64,000 bases of DNA from Octopus sinensis (Eukaryota): positions 95,108,001 through 95,172,000 of the forward strand of contig NC_042999.1 in assembly GCF_006345805.1 (NCBI RefSeq), given 5' to 3'. Position 1 is the first letter of the stretch, and every line of letters begins with the position of its first letter. Made by a program: the position numbers and the translations under genes. This document shows, piece after piece, positions 51,036-64,000 of the stretch. Under the pieces are notes generated by a model. It saw only the letters and a program-made list of their open reading frames with translations. It did not search any database and was not told where the DNA came from.

Positions 51036-53391
51036 TCTTTTCTAAACACTGTGCACATATATCTTCTGCATCTAACCATGACACTTAATGCCAGATGTGC
51101 ATTCAGAAATGAGAATATAATAATCTAGTCTCTATCAGTATCCCCACAAACCAGTTACAACCAATTACAAAAATATATTTACAAAATTGAAGTCTTCTTT
51201 AATAAACATTTTATAACTAAAATAGTCAAGGCCTTTACAAATGGAAGATCTCTCAATTTCTGGTTATATTTCATGGTCACAATACAACACGCCTTTGACA
51301 GCAAAAGCTACATCCCCAAATTCTTCCTTAGGTCTGTAACTATACAAAGCATATACACTGCCAGGTTGAAACATTAACCCTACAGCTTAGGTCCTTTCAT
51401 TCTGCAGGAATCTCAAAATAATTAAAAGGCATGTATGTTTTCAATTTTTATGAGATTTTCTTGTGTTATTACCTAACAAGGAGTCTCTAAATTTGACATA
51501 GCTTTATATAGCTTAGGGCCTCATTAAATCTAAATCAGAAACTGAAACACAAGTCTTACTAGATCAAGTTAACATCATTGGTCAAATTAAGACTTGACTT
51601 ATAACAGGATGTTAGAATAAAACAGGATATATTTTATTTCTATTTATTTATCTATTTGTATCACTACTGGTGAACGATAGCATCTTTAGCTAAAGGTTTC
51701 CAATAAGCCAAGCATTGGTTCATGAAATTACTGCACAGAACCTTGGACATGTGTCTTCCACAATAGCCTTATGTTTACCAAAATTTTATAAACACAACTT
51801 CAAAGACTGTGTGGAAGTACAGTATATATATATATATAAACATCGATGTCTGTTGCTCCAAGAAAGGGCCTGATGTGAGATGTCTCACTTAACTGTAACT
51901 TACTTCCAGGTGTTCTTTACACCAGGTGCATAGAGGATATATTTTCTTATACCTAAAATCTGCAGCCAACACACAAAATAACAACATTCATGCCTTGTAT
52001 ATGTGTGTTTGATTTTGTTTATATATATACTGGACTTCCAGTACAAATTGTGTTTATAAGATTTTGGTAAACTTAAGGCTATTGTTGAAAACACAGGTCC
52101 AAGTAGGATTGAGCTTATAACAACATAATTGCAAAGAGAATTTCTTAAGCACAGCCATTTCAGTACTCGTATGAAGCATTATAAAACTGATGCATTCAAA
52201 CATCAAAGAAAATATTATGACAAATTGCACATTATATGATTTTTGAGATTTAAGTACACATATTGTGTACTATATGACTGACACAGTAAAAATAGATTAT
52301 TACAGAACTTACGGTGGGACTAACTGTAAATTCATTTTTTATGGATTATTCATAGGCAGCACTCCTGACCTTTTTGGTAGGGCCTTTGTGTTGAAGAAAA
52401 GCAAGAAGAAACCATGATTCAGGGACTATTCTTTGATCAAGGATCTTGCTTGAATGCTAGCAATACAGTGAACTTCATTAAAGGCACCAAGAGACAGAAT
52501 GTGGTATTAAACCAGGCAATGGATTAAGTGTAGTACTTAAGAACAAATGCTGTCCATTCAAAGGAGTTCTGCACAATTTCCATGGACCTAATTTTGCACC
52601 CAAATTTTGGGTCAAACTAGGGCTATGGCAGAAGACATTTACACAAGGTATTATGATAGAGAGTTCAAACCTTGTACCATAACCAAACCAAAGGGAATAA
52701 GTAAAATGTCAAATTTAGATTTCTTACATAGAAAAAGATTTCTATGGTAAATAACATTGTATAATAATGCCACTTACAATAAAAAAAAAGTAAATATTGA
52801 TTTCTTACTCACACAAGAGAAACTATGTTATGGTTTCAAATGTGTCAATAGCACTTAATGGTGTTCTATGCAACATTTTCTATCTCTGTTTCCATACACC
52901 GTGGCTTTATCATTTTATTTTATCTCTGCTTCTATATCTCCAAACACTATGCCTTATGTATATGCTCTTTCTGTGTATTCTATGTGTGTAGGCATGGCTG
53001 AATGGTTAAGAAGTTCACTGAACTTCTGGGTCAAATTCTGTTCTGCGGTATCTTGGACAAGTGTCTTTTACCCTGGCCTAAGATCAACCCAAGCCATATG
53101 AATGAAATTGGGTGTATGATAATTGTAGGGAAACGTTTCAGATGGATTATTCTGGTAACTCAATTCATTCAACCTTGTCACACACTATGTCATGCTGATT
53201 CAGGCTGAGGACTACATTAAGCTCTTACAAGCTAATTCAATGAGCAGGTAGTTCATTGTCAAAATACAATCATCAAAATTAGTAGAGGTTCAATTTATTT
53301 TATTTTTCACCTTATTATGCCCTTAATCAAAATTACATTTCTTGAAATTGACTCTAAGAAGTAAGAGAAAAATGCTCAGGAGCAAGAATAT

Positions 53392-53630
53392 TGGAGATCC
53401 ATTACCAACTTTTGAGATCAGTAGGACAGCCAAACAAGAAGAAAAGAGGAAGTGCAAAAAGAACTTAGACAAGAACAACTAAGAAAGGACCTTCCATCCA
53501 GAACTACATGTCTCACTTGTGGAAGAAATTTCTGAGCAAGAACTGGACACATCAGTCATCTCAGAATCCATCAATAACAATAAAAAGTAAACAAAGACAA
53601 CCATCCATGACCTTGAGGGATGGCCACAAG
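53392..53630 (+). mobile_element. BovB-like RTE 3' end with C-terminal C2H2 finger
   Basis: Single frame WRSITNF*DQ*DSQTRRKEEVQKELRQEQLRKDLPSRTTCLTCGRNF*ARTGHISHLRIHQ*, fitting C..CGR.F.AR.G..SH.R.H. Confidence 0.75.
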
Positions 53631-56600
53631 GTCATCTACATTATAGCTACACTTGATCTTTTTAATGTATTTCTATACCAAATTCCTATTTCTATGCTTT
53701 TATATTTTATCCTCTGTGATGCTTGAATTTTCTTTCTCTGTGCCTAAGTATCATATCTATATATCCATGCTATTTGTTGTAACTTATATCAAATGCTATA
53801 GCTACTTTTTAAAGTCTTTATCTGTTTTTATCTAATTCTCTATGTTATATCTCTGTAGTCTATTTCCAATACTTTATATTATCTCCCTTTATTATCTGAT
53901 AAATCTAATACTTTCTATTATCAACAATTTAAATATTATGCTTTTTGATATAGTAAAATGATTCTTATCAAATGAAGCTATTTAGTTCAGTTTTGATACT
54001 CTTTTGTCACTCTACCCAGCAGTAATGCAGTGAAATAGTGATTGGTCTGTTTGAAAACTCTAACCAATGATGAGATTGTTCACATTTTGATATAAGCAAA
54101 TAAAAAATCTATTATTGTTTGTGTGCAAGCTCTGTAGAAAAACAGGTAAATTCCCTGCAAGGAAAGTCCTCATTATAATTTCTATCCTTGGTTGATTCTA
54201 TTTCACTTAGCTTCACTAATAGCACTAATTCTCTTAGGAATTTTGTGAAAGTTACATTTATTATTATTCTATTTTGAAATTTTATGTCTTTTTTGCTGAA
54301 TTTGAAAGAACCAAATATCATTAGTAACTTTAACAAATTTGGATAAATTTGGCTGTAGTGAAGAAATGAGGTCACTTATGTTTCAAGTAATGTACATTGT
54401 AAGAGAACCAAAATTTGTTTTAATGAAGCAGTGAGCATATAACTGTACCTGTCTACTCAGTGCTACCATAAACATTTTAAAAACTTTTCTGTCACTAGTA
54501 ATGGGTTTTGCTCAAAACATCAGTAACTACATCATGTTATGGTATATAGACTTTTCTAAATTTGAAAACCTCATTAAATGATTTTTGCCAGTGCAGTTCA
54601 CTATTTGTTTCCTAATACTGGTTTTCATATTCAATATTATTAGTGTTTATATTTTCTAATTTTGGCAATGAAAATAATATAGGTAGTAGGGATAAGTGTT
54701 TTTCCAGATGTGTATCCTTGCAACTGATAACCATTACAGTGTGTAAAATAGGTGGGAATTGTCTTGTAGCCAAGTCTTTTGCCTGGCTCCAGAGTATGAA
54801 CAATACATGTCTAAATTTCTTGGGCAAGTTAAAAAGTATAATTTTTTTAGATTATTAACCTCATCTTTAAAGATAAAAGATGGTTCAATACTTAGATTTA
54901 CTTGATGTTTTGATTTATTTGATCTCTGATTATCATCTCTGAGTATCTTATTTTTGGATGAGGACATATTATTCATGATTCAAAACAGGATTTTTAATTT
55001 TAAGCTAAATTTTATGCACTTGGTCACAGACACATGTACAAGGAATAAGACACCTGATGACAATCAGAGATATTGTTCACCATAATGCAATGAAGGTGCA
55101 AATAATGAAAACTGTTTTCCTTTCTGAAGATGAAGTTATCAATCTGGAAAATGATAATTTCATGATATAATACTTTGAATTCATTAACACAAGAACAATA
55201 TACCATCATACGCTCTGACATAACACCTGACCAGCATTTAACTGGATCTTATAAAAACAATTACATAAAGTGGAATTTGTTGGGGTTTCTGTGAAGAGAA
55301 GGAATATCTAGTGAGTTGTTCAGTATCTGTTTACTACCAACAAGCCTACTTATAACCACTTATCAACCTATCACTAACATATCTCTAATCCCATCAGTAG
55401 CCACAGTAATATTTCACATTAAATAGACACCCACATAACCATTAACAACCCTATCATTTTCCATTAATCAACCAATCAATTATAACACCATACTCTTGCC
55501 TCAAAACACTGAAATACTGTTTCACACTGGCACAAAGCCAAAGATTTGCAGAGATGAATTATAATCAAATTTATCAGCCCCAGTACATGACAGGTATGTA
55601 TTTTATCAACTGTGATTGAATAAAAGGCAGTAATAGCTTTTTTAAAGTAGTTAAATATCTTACCTAAGAAAATAAGGAAATTATCAACAGTAAGATGTGC
55701 ACTCACAACTAAGAGTGCCTCTACTCAATTCCTACCTAAACAAATAACAAAGAACCAGAAATTATAATTGTAACATCTATAATGCTAGAAAATATAATTG
55801 GCAATTCAAATGACCAAATTATATTTCAAATATTTGAATAGAATAAATAGATTTATACTCTCCACTGATATGAGATTTTAATTATTTTCTAATGATAATG
55901 AGACAACAAATCTGAACAGTTTTATTATGAAAACCAAACAGTATTTAATTAAAAATCACATTTCATTAAATTAACTCTACACTCTTAGAAAACAAATATT
56001 TAAGAACAAAATAATTGAGAGAAGCTGCAAAAAGTTTCTGAAGACTGTTAGCTTCCATTTTGTTCTCTCCCTCCTCAGCAAGTTGGGAATATAAACATAA
56101 TGGCAGCAGCTAAAAAGTAAGGCCATTACTTGATTGTTTTTTTAAAACATGAGCAGCACAGAACTGGCATTTTAGTCCTGGACTTAACTTTTTTGCAGAG
56201 ACATGGCAACAATAGCCACCTTTTGCAGTAAGTGTTACTGTGTTGTTTTGGTGAATCTTCCTATATTTCAGTCTGCCTCTTGGCACACATTCTTTTCCAC
56301 ACTCTTTGCAAACAGAGATACCATATAATGCATATATAACAACTTGTGTATGTGTGTGTGCATGTATGTGTGTGTGTGTAGCTTCTCTGATATCTTTTAG
56401 ACAGGCATAACCACACTCATTACATGCTAAATCAGGCTGTGTCCCAACTTACTCATTCAAATTAACATCAAAGCTGTTACAAACATTTCTCTTGAGCTTT
56501 TGAATGCTAGATACAAATTTGTGTTGAAAGACCCTTTGGGATAGAAAGAGCTGAAGTATACCAGTGAGACTTGAAGCCACATCTCCAGTAGATATGTGCG

Positions 56601-56658
56601 TATGTATGAATATTATATCTATCTGTGTGTGTATGCAGGAATGCATACATACATACAT

Positions 56659-56697
<39 letters not shown>

Positions 56698-56751
56698 ACA
56701 CACACACACACACACACACCACACACACACACACATACATACATACATGTA

Positions 56752-57410
56752 TACGAGAAGTGGTTTGAAACGGTCATACCCTGACTATGAAGGAGTGATG
56801 CTTGAGCTGTGAAATCTTACATGCATCAATTTCAAGTCTTCATATAAATAACTGCATTTCATGTTGCTCCAGTTCATTCAGCTGTAGAAATGAATTGTGA
56901 TGTGACTGGTGCTAAGCTGTATCAGCCTTTGTCTTTCCCTTGGATAATATCAGTGGCTGGTTTGCATGGGCAACTGCTGGTCTTCCATAAAAACAACCTT
57001 GCCTGGACTTGTGTTTCAGAGGGAAACTTTTTAGGTGCTATCCCATGGTCATTCATGACAAAGTGGGGTCTAAAATTTTTTCCCAGGTAAACTTACACCC
57101 GACAATTCAAAGAAGACTTCAAAAGTAACTAGTAGCAACTTCTCTTGACAAAATTTGGTATCCTGCTATTATCAAGTTCCCACATAGAAATGGTTTAGAC
57201 CCCACCATCGCCACCTCCAATGACATTCTTACTGACATGGTTGCTACATTTAGGGATGACACTCCAGCTTTATCAACAGTGCAAAAGCGGGCAGCTGAAG
57301 TTAGGAGGGAGAAACAGAGTCTTGAAGATGACCCAAGGTCTGAACATCCTGCAACTGCCACCACCGAAGAAAACATTGAGTGAATTCACCACATGACGAT
57401 AGATGACTAT
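56752..57410 (+). mobile_element. Mariner 5' fragment, interrupted by a SINE-like insert at about 56850-57100
   Basis: Starts TA+cgagaagtggtttgaaa; translation DKIWYPAIIKF...TFRDDTPALSTVQKRAAE...SLEDDPRSEHPATATTEENIE. Confidence 0.78.
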
Positions 57411-58607
57411 AAATCAAATAGCCAATGCTCTTAGCATACCCTATTAGATTAAATTATTTTAAGAAAGAGCTAAATGTGCTTTCTCCAAATCCAACTTATT
57501 AGTATCACAGTGAAGATTCATTAGATGAATAAATGCACATACTTGGGAGTGTACATCAACAGTTTATCAAATACACCAACTGAACCACATATTTACAAAC
57601 ACCTTGTTGATTTGTTTGTGGCCAGCTTCAACTCTCTTAGCATACATATATACATAAACATATATATATACATACATGCATACACACACATACACACACA
57701 CGCACACACATACACATGCACAATGACCATCTTTCAGTTTCTGTCTCCCAAATCCATTTAGAAAGCTTTGGTCTGGATAGGCCAATAGCAGAATAGTAGA
57801 AGGTACTTTGCCCAACGCGTTGTGCTGGGAGACTGAATCTAGAAATATATGGCAGTAAAGTGAACTTCTTAACCACACAACTATCATCATCATCATTATC
57901 ATTCTTTTATGTTTGCTTTCTCTTTTGTGCATCACATTGCAGTGTTCTCTCTCATACTTTACACCCAATTCTTCTTGCTTACAGTTTTCTCTCAACTCTT
58001 TAATATTTTGTCATACATGCATTCAGCTCCAAACCAAAATTGCACACCCAGCAAAGCATGTTTGCTTCATTTCATTCTAGTCTCCATAAATCTTCTATAT
58101 TCAAAGTTTATGTCTTGATACCGTGCAGGTGTGATTGTTGTGGTAAGTAGTTTGCTTTGCAGCTACATGGTTCTGGGTTCAATCCCACTGTGTGGAATCT
58201 TGGGCAAGTGTCTTCTGATATACTCCTGGGCTGATCAAATCCTTCTGAGTAGATTTGGAAGATGAAAACATCCCATTATACATACATATATGTTATGTGT
58301 GTGTGTGTGACTAAGCATGTGTGTGTGTGCACATGCACATCTGTGATGCTGTCTACTTGCCTTAACATTGCAAGCATTATCCCTCATTTCTAAACTTCTA
58401 TGGAAACACATCTGGTTATGAGAAAATATGACCTTACTCGGAAACAAATTAAAGTTGATTACAGGAAGAGCATCCAGCTGTAGAAAAATCTGCCTCAAAA
58501 ATTCCAATGAGAGCTTGAAAAAGTAAGGGAAGTAAATGTGAAAACAATGATGACGGTGATGATGTTGATAATGTTGATGATGATATATGTGTATGTATGT
58601 ATGTGTG

Positions 58608-58645
<38 letters not shown>

Positions 58646-58848
58646 TTGAAGCCAATGGCAATTTTATTGACTATATGTATATGTGTGTGTATGTATGTGT
58701 ATATATATATATGTGTATATATGTGTGTGTGTGTTTGTATGTATGTATGTCTATATATATATAGACATGCATACACACATACATATATGTATATATTCAT
58801 ACATACGGATATATGATATATACATACATATATATATATATATTTATA

Positions 58849-59740
58849 CAGGGTGCAATGGGTAAATTGTCGCAATTTCATATTTTTAATTTTGCACGTG
58901 TGCATTGTTTGTTTTTCATTTTGTCAGACTACACTATATAGTAGGGTCAACTGGGCACCGTCTGTTAGAAAAACACCACTATGACACAATTCACTCGGCC
59001 AGAAATTTGGAAACAACATGTTGTACTGCTTGGCATTCACACCAGAAGCTCCAGTACAAACATTTCAGAGTGTTTGGGTGTCAATCTAAGGACAGTGCAA
59101 TCTAAGGACATGTACTGGGTGTGATAAAGATCAAACATCCTGTCAACATCATGGTGTCTGGAGTGATCACTAGTAATGGCAACATTATGCCTCCATTCAT
59201 CTTCCAACATGTCCTCACACTCAACATGGGGGCCTACATCAGGTGCCTGGGGGAGGTAGTGCTGCCTTTGATCAAGAGGGTGGCTGCTAGAAGACCCTAT
59301 GTCTGGCAATAGGACTCTGCACTATGCCACACAAGCAGGAGTACCCAGTCATGGCTGTCAGACAATTTCTGCAAGCACATCACCCCTAACATCTGACCAC
59401 CTAAGCCCCTAGACTGCAACTCCTTTGATTATTATGCGTGAAGTGCAGTTGAGCGAGAGACTAACAGAACTCTTTGTAAGACAAAAGGTGAAATGAAGGC
59501 AAGGATTATGGCAACATCCACCAGCTTAAACAAAGAGACTGTCCAGAAGAGTTGCAGGAGATTCTGAAGTCGTCTGGAGGATGTGGTTGAAGCCAATGGC
59601 GATTCTATTGAATGAATTTACTCTTTCATATTTCAAGATATTGTTATGTAATTTTGGTTTATATACATCTGTTAAAATGAGATGTCAGTGTTATTTTCCT
59701 TTTTGTGTAATTTAGACAACAGTTTATTAACTGCAGCCTG
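58849..59740 (+). mobile_element. Tc1/mariner superfamily DD37D (maT) element, internally deleted
   Basis: TA|cagggtgcaatg...ctgcagcctg|TA ends. DSALCHTSRSTQSWLSDNFCKHITPNI*PPKPLDCNSFDYY has 37 residues between the second and third catalytic Asp; ends VVEANGDSIE*. Confidence 0.9.
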
Positions 59741-60738
59741 TATATGCATACACACACACACATACATATACATGTGTGTGTGTATACACATATATATATG
59801 AGTGTGCTCACATATAAACACACACAGAAAGACCCTAACTTTTATATGCTAGTGCAAAAATCAGATTTTCGTTAATGCACATAAAATAAGCTGCAGTTGT
59901 ATGTCAAAGGAGTAAATGATTTGGTGTGTGTACTGTATTATTAGTGCCATCCACCAATCATGAGATAGTTCTTTTAAATATTGCTCTCTTGGGATTCTTT
60001 TTTACTTTCTTTCATTTTTTTCATCTCTGGGGAATACAAACAGATTATGTGTCAATTGAATAACTGTTCATGTACATTGATATTACATTCATTAGATAAA
60101 TGAGCATAAGATACAGTGATTCCTTATTGCAAAAGATATAAATGTACATATGTGTGTTCGTATTTCATGTGTTTGTGTGTGTGTGTGTGCATGTACTTTC
60201 ATAAGCGTGGGCTTATGTACAAATGTGTGTATCTATGTGGCTATATGTGTGTGTGTGTATGTATTTGTGTATGCATGCGTGTGTGTGTGCACATGTGTGT
60301 ACACATGTATTTGTGAAATTGTTATCTGATAGGTTAATATATTATTTAAACAGCAGACAAAGTGATGTACTACTATGTTGTAATAAACGCTGGAAAATGA
60401 GGTGTTAGAAAATAGACATATAAAGCCAAATGTGTTATATTTATACATTAATGTACAGCTGAATATGATAGGCAGCTTGATATGATTGTATGTTTTCAAT
60501 AAATTAAATACACAACATGGTCTCAGTTCGCAACCAATTGCAGCCATATCACTTACTTTCTTATGTCTTTTTTTGCAAAACATTAAATGTGTCCATTTTC
60601 TCTCTTTTTCTATAAACGTAAGACTTGTTACATAATTAAGAATTATTGCACAGTCAATTAACTAAGTCCAAAAAATGTTGTGAGCTGGTAGTGTTAGATA
60701 CATGTGGTAGAAAATATCTAAAGAACATAAAAGAGCAA

Positions 60739-62024
60739 TCAGGTCATCAAGTATGAAATTTGTAGAAAAGGGGAAAAAGTTTGCTAATGTTTTATAAATA
60801 CAAGGAATAGTTTTATTCATCGAAGTATGCACCCATATTGTCAATACGCTTTTGTTATTTCAGCGGTAGCTTTTCTAGCCTGGCACGTAAAAGCCTGGCA
60901 ATTTAGAGTCAATAAAATCTTGGAAGGCCTGTTTTACAGCATTGTTGGAATTAAATTTTTTCCCTATTGAAAAGTTATCCAAATTGTGGAAGAAGTGGTA
61001 GTCAGTGGAGGCAAGATCAGGTGAGTATGGTAGATGATGCAGAACTTCCAACTCCAACTTCTGTAGTTTCGCCAAAGTCATTTTTGTGATGTGTGATCTG
61101 GTGTTGCCTTGCAGTAAAATAGGAGTGGATCTGTTGACTAATCTAGGTTGGTCTTTTTTTTTGTAAGTTTCTGCATCATTTGGTCCAGTTGGTAGTAGTA
61201 TACTTCAGCCATGATTGATGAGCCAGGTTTAATGAAATCATAATAGATCAAATCTCTGTCAGATCACCAAACACACCATCGGTTTCTTTTGATGAATTTT
61301 GCATTTTGGACTGTGTTTTGGTGACCCATCTTTGTCCAACCATTGTGCTGAATGTTTACAGTTATTGTATTGGATCCATTTCTCATCACATGTTGCAATT
61401 CAATTCAAAAATGATTCATTTTTGTGATGAGAAATAAAAGCATAAGGCAAGCTTCCAAATGTTGCTGTTTCAGATCTTTATTGAGTTCATGTTGAACCCA
61501 CTTATCCAGCTTTTTCACTTTACTAGGTGAATCAATATTGATTGCTTGCTAACAGCAAACAACAACGATAATTCATGGGCACGCTGAGATGGATCTGACT
61601 CGACTGTGGCTTTCAGTTTGTCATTATACACCTTTGTTTCTGGTCGACCACGTTGCTCATTTGTGAGGTCAAAGTTACCTGAACAAAATTTTGCAAACCA
61701 ATTTGATACTGTCTGCTGTGTAATAACATTAGAGTGAAATACTCCATTAATATTCCGAGCTGTCTGTGATGCTGTATTTCCAAGAAAGAACTCATATTTC
61801 AAAACTGTACGAATTTCCAACTTATCCATCTCTAAACAAAAATAGCAAAAAAAAAAAACATTTATAAATACTTTATAAAGTGCAAAATGAGTTAGAATAA
61901 TGAAATAGATGTGTCAGCTTTCTAACCAAAAATAAAGATTGTCAAAATATATTAATGGCACAAAATGAGCAGCTGTCAAAGTTTACCTTATACCTTACTA
62001 CAAATTTCATACTTGATGACCTAA
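60739..62024 (-). mobile_element. Full-length-size (1286 bp) mariner element, inactivated
   Basis: TIR t(c/t)aggtcatcaagtatgaaatttgtag at both ends. MDKLEIRTVLKYEFFLGNTASQTARNIN...RGRPETK... and LHHLPYSPDLASTDYHFFHNLDNF; the second catalytic D now reads QGN. Confidence 0.96.
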
Positions 62025-62109
62025 TAGTAGAGTTGACTGATGTGACAACATTGAGCTTCAGAGATGAGATGATGCAAGATTGTAACATTGTATTGCAGAT
62101 CAAGCCAAT

Positions 62110-62450
62110 TGATGATGATGGGGTGGAGGTGATGGTGGTGGTGGTGACGGTTGCAGCAGCAGGGTGGGGTGGGGTTGGTTGATGGCAGTGGTGGGTGGTG
62201 GTGATGGAGGTGGTGGGTGGGGTGTGAAAACAGTGGTGGCAGTAGCAACAGTAGTGGTGATGGTGGTGGTGATTTTGACAGAAAGTGTAACAGTTGTGGT
62301 GACAGCAACATTGACATTGGGTGTTGTAGTGATGGTAGTGCAACTGCTAGTGATGGTGCTAGAGACCTTTGTAGTGGTTATTGGTTGTGGTGTTTGTGTT
62401 AGCAGTGATGATGATGATGGTGGTGGTGGTGATGATGTAATGACTATATT
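62110..62450. repeat. (GGT/GTG/GAT) cryptic trinucleotide tract
   Basis: Seen directly. Confidence 0.92.
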
Positions 62451-64000
62451 AAGAATGGTAGACTGAGACATAATTGACTGACTATTTTGTAATAATCTTA
62501 ACTACATTTATTTAGTGAAGTTACTTATGTGAGTAATCATGGGACTTATTTACCAGGTCACAGATTTATAGGAGAAATTAATGAGATTCTATAATATTTA
62601 TGCCTCTTTCAAAAGCATTTATACCATTAGAAATTAAAAGTTGCTTACAGAATGAGTCTCCCAGACACTTACCTGTAATCAACTTATTTCTAATTTCACA
62701 CTATTGTGAATATTAGTTTCTCAAGAATACACAGAAATCTGAGACTATTGAAGACTTGACTGGGCAGGGAAAATTTTATAAGTGTCTAAAAGATAGAAAA
62801 AGATGTTTGAATAAATAATTTCATTGCAGACAGATTTAGCCATAATTATGTAAATTAATTTCAGCAACAAGATTAAAATTTGTCAGGAAGTGTACAGTCA
62901 TTTGGTTTAATATGCCCAGAGGTCATTTTTGGAAACATTATAGCCAATTCCATAATTTAGTATTTCTTTTAAAATTCCTGTCAGGTTTAGTAATATGATG
63001 AGATGTCAGGCGCTGGATTGCTAGAAGCAAACTAGACAAAACAAAAGAAATGTGTACATTCTACAACTCTTTTGGTTGTAGTTTAGTCCCAGTTTCCTCA
63101 AACTGAGGAAACCTAGGGCCAAAAGCATCTTGTGACTAAGCTCTCATTTAGTCACAGGTCCATCCCATTTGAGCAAACCTATGATCAGAAGTGCTATAAT
63201 TAAGACTTCTTTTTAAATCAATGTATCTAATACTGCATTATTCAGTACAATATTTGATATCATTTTCAAGATGGAAAAGGGCAATGTAAAAAAAATTTGA
63301 CTGTTATTTTTTGCAGCTTCAGTAATCACATAGTCACCCCTTTGTTGGCTTATAACTTTCTCTCTTGCTGTACGAACCCTTACCAGTAGATATAACGAGC
63401 AAGTACATTTTATTTAATTTATATACTCAAATGTTCCACTGGCAATCATGAGATCATGGATTCAAGTGGGCGGTGCACTGTATTTTTGATCAAAACATAT
63501 CATCTCACATTGCTCAGTGATCGCTTCAATATCTGATGTATGACATACTGTGCACTTGTTCAGGCAAAATCGATTTGATGGAGAGAGTGAACAAATGTAC
63601 GGCCTTTGTTCACTATAAACAAATCATTTGTGCAGGTTGTTAAGCAAGAAACTGCAGAACTGTCTTTCTTTGACTTAAGAGACTATCATCAAATATACTC
63701 AAACATGTTATATTATTAGTCATGGTATTTGATATCCAAATATAATGTTGGAAGAAGTCCAGCTTTTGGTTTAATGTTAAAAGTTGAGGATATACATATC
63801 AGCTTGAAAATTTCATAAGGTTTCTCAAATACTTTAAATCATTATTTCATTATTTCTTTCAATTTACTCAGTAATTAAATCCTGGATTAAGAAATTAGAC
63901 AATTTAAAAGATAGAAAAGGTAATTTTGTTTACCTGACCAACACCAAGTTATAGTTCTCTTGTGATGATCAACTTTGCGAATAATATTCATCTACATATG

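Noticed and set aside
63092-63116. Helitron 3' end (hairpin plus CTAG)
   Set aside because: CTAG abuts the stem with no roughly 10-nt spacer and is not followed by T; no matching 5' TC end found.

Overview
AT-rich, repeat-saturated eukaryotic (animal) DNA with no recognisable intact protein-coding gene, RNA gene or CRISPR array. It reads as intergenic DNA or a very large intron. The SINE and RTE-LINE families match what I recall of octopus (coleoid cephalopod) repeats; this host assignment is inference. Most ORF-track entries are microsatellite artefacts. Retroelement remnants I can support: RTE-clade LINEs (a near full-length 5' part at 1-2030, a young RT-bearing copy at 41979-43797 lying tail-to-tail with an older copy, and many 3'-end fragments), a BovB-like RTE zinc-finger end, a CR1-type 3' fragment, a Penelope-like GIY-YIG remnant and an R4/Dong-like restriction-endonuclease remnant. 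DNA transposon remnants: a piggyBac fossil, three mariner copies, a DD37D (maT) element, hAT-type and foldback MITEs. At least three tRNA-derived SINE families are present. The most unusual signal is two local 208-239 bp direct duplications, each dropped into a (TA)n tract. One has a snap-back palindrome at its junction and the other a short inverted templated patch, suggesting (TA)n breakage repaired by template switching; assembly artefact is not excluded. Coordinates of decayed repeats are approximate; all alignments were done by eye.
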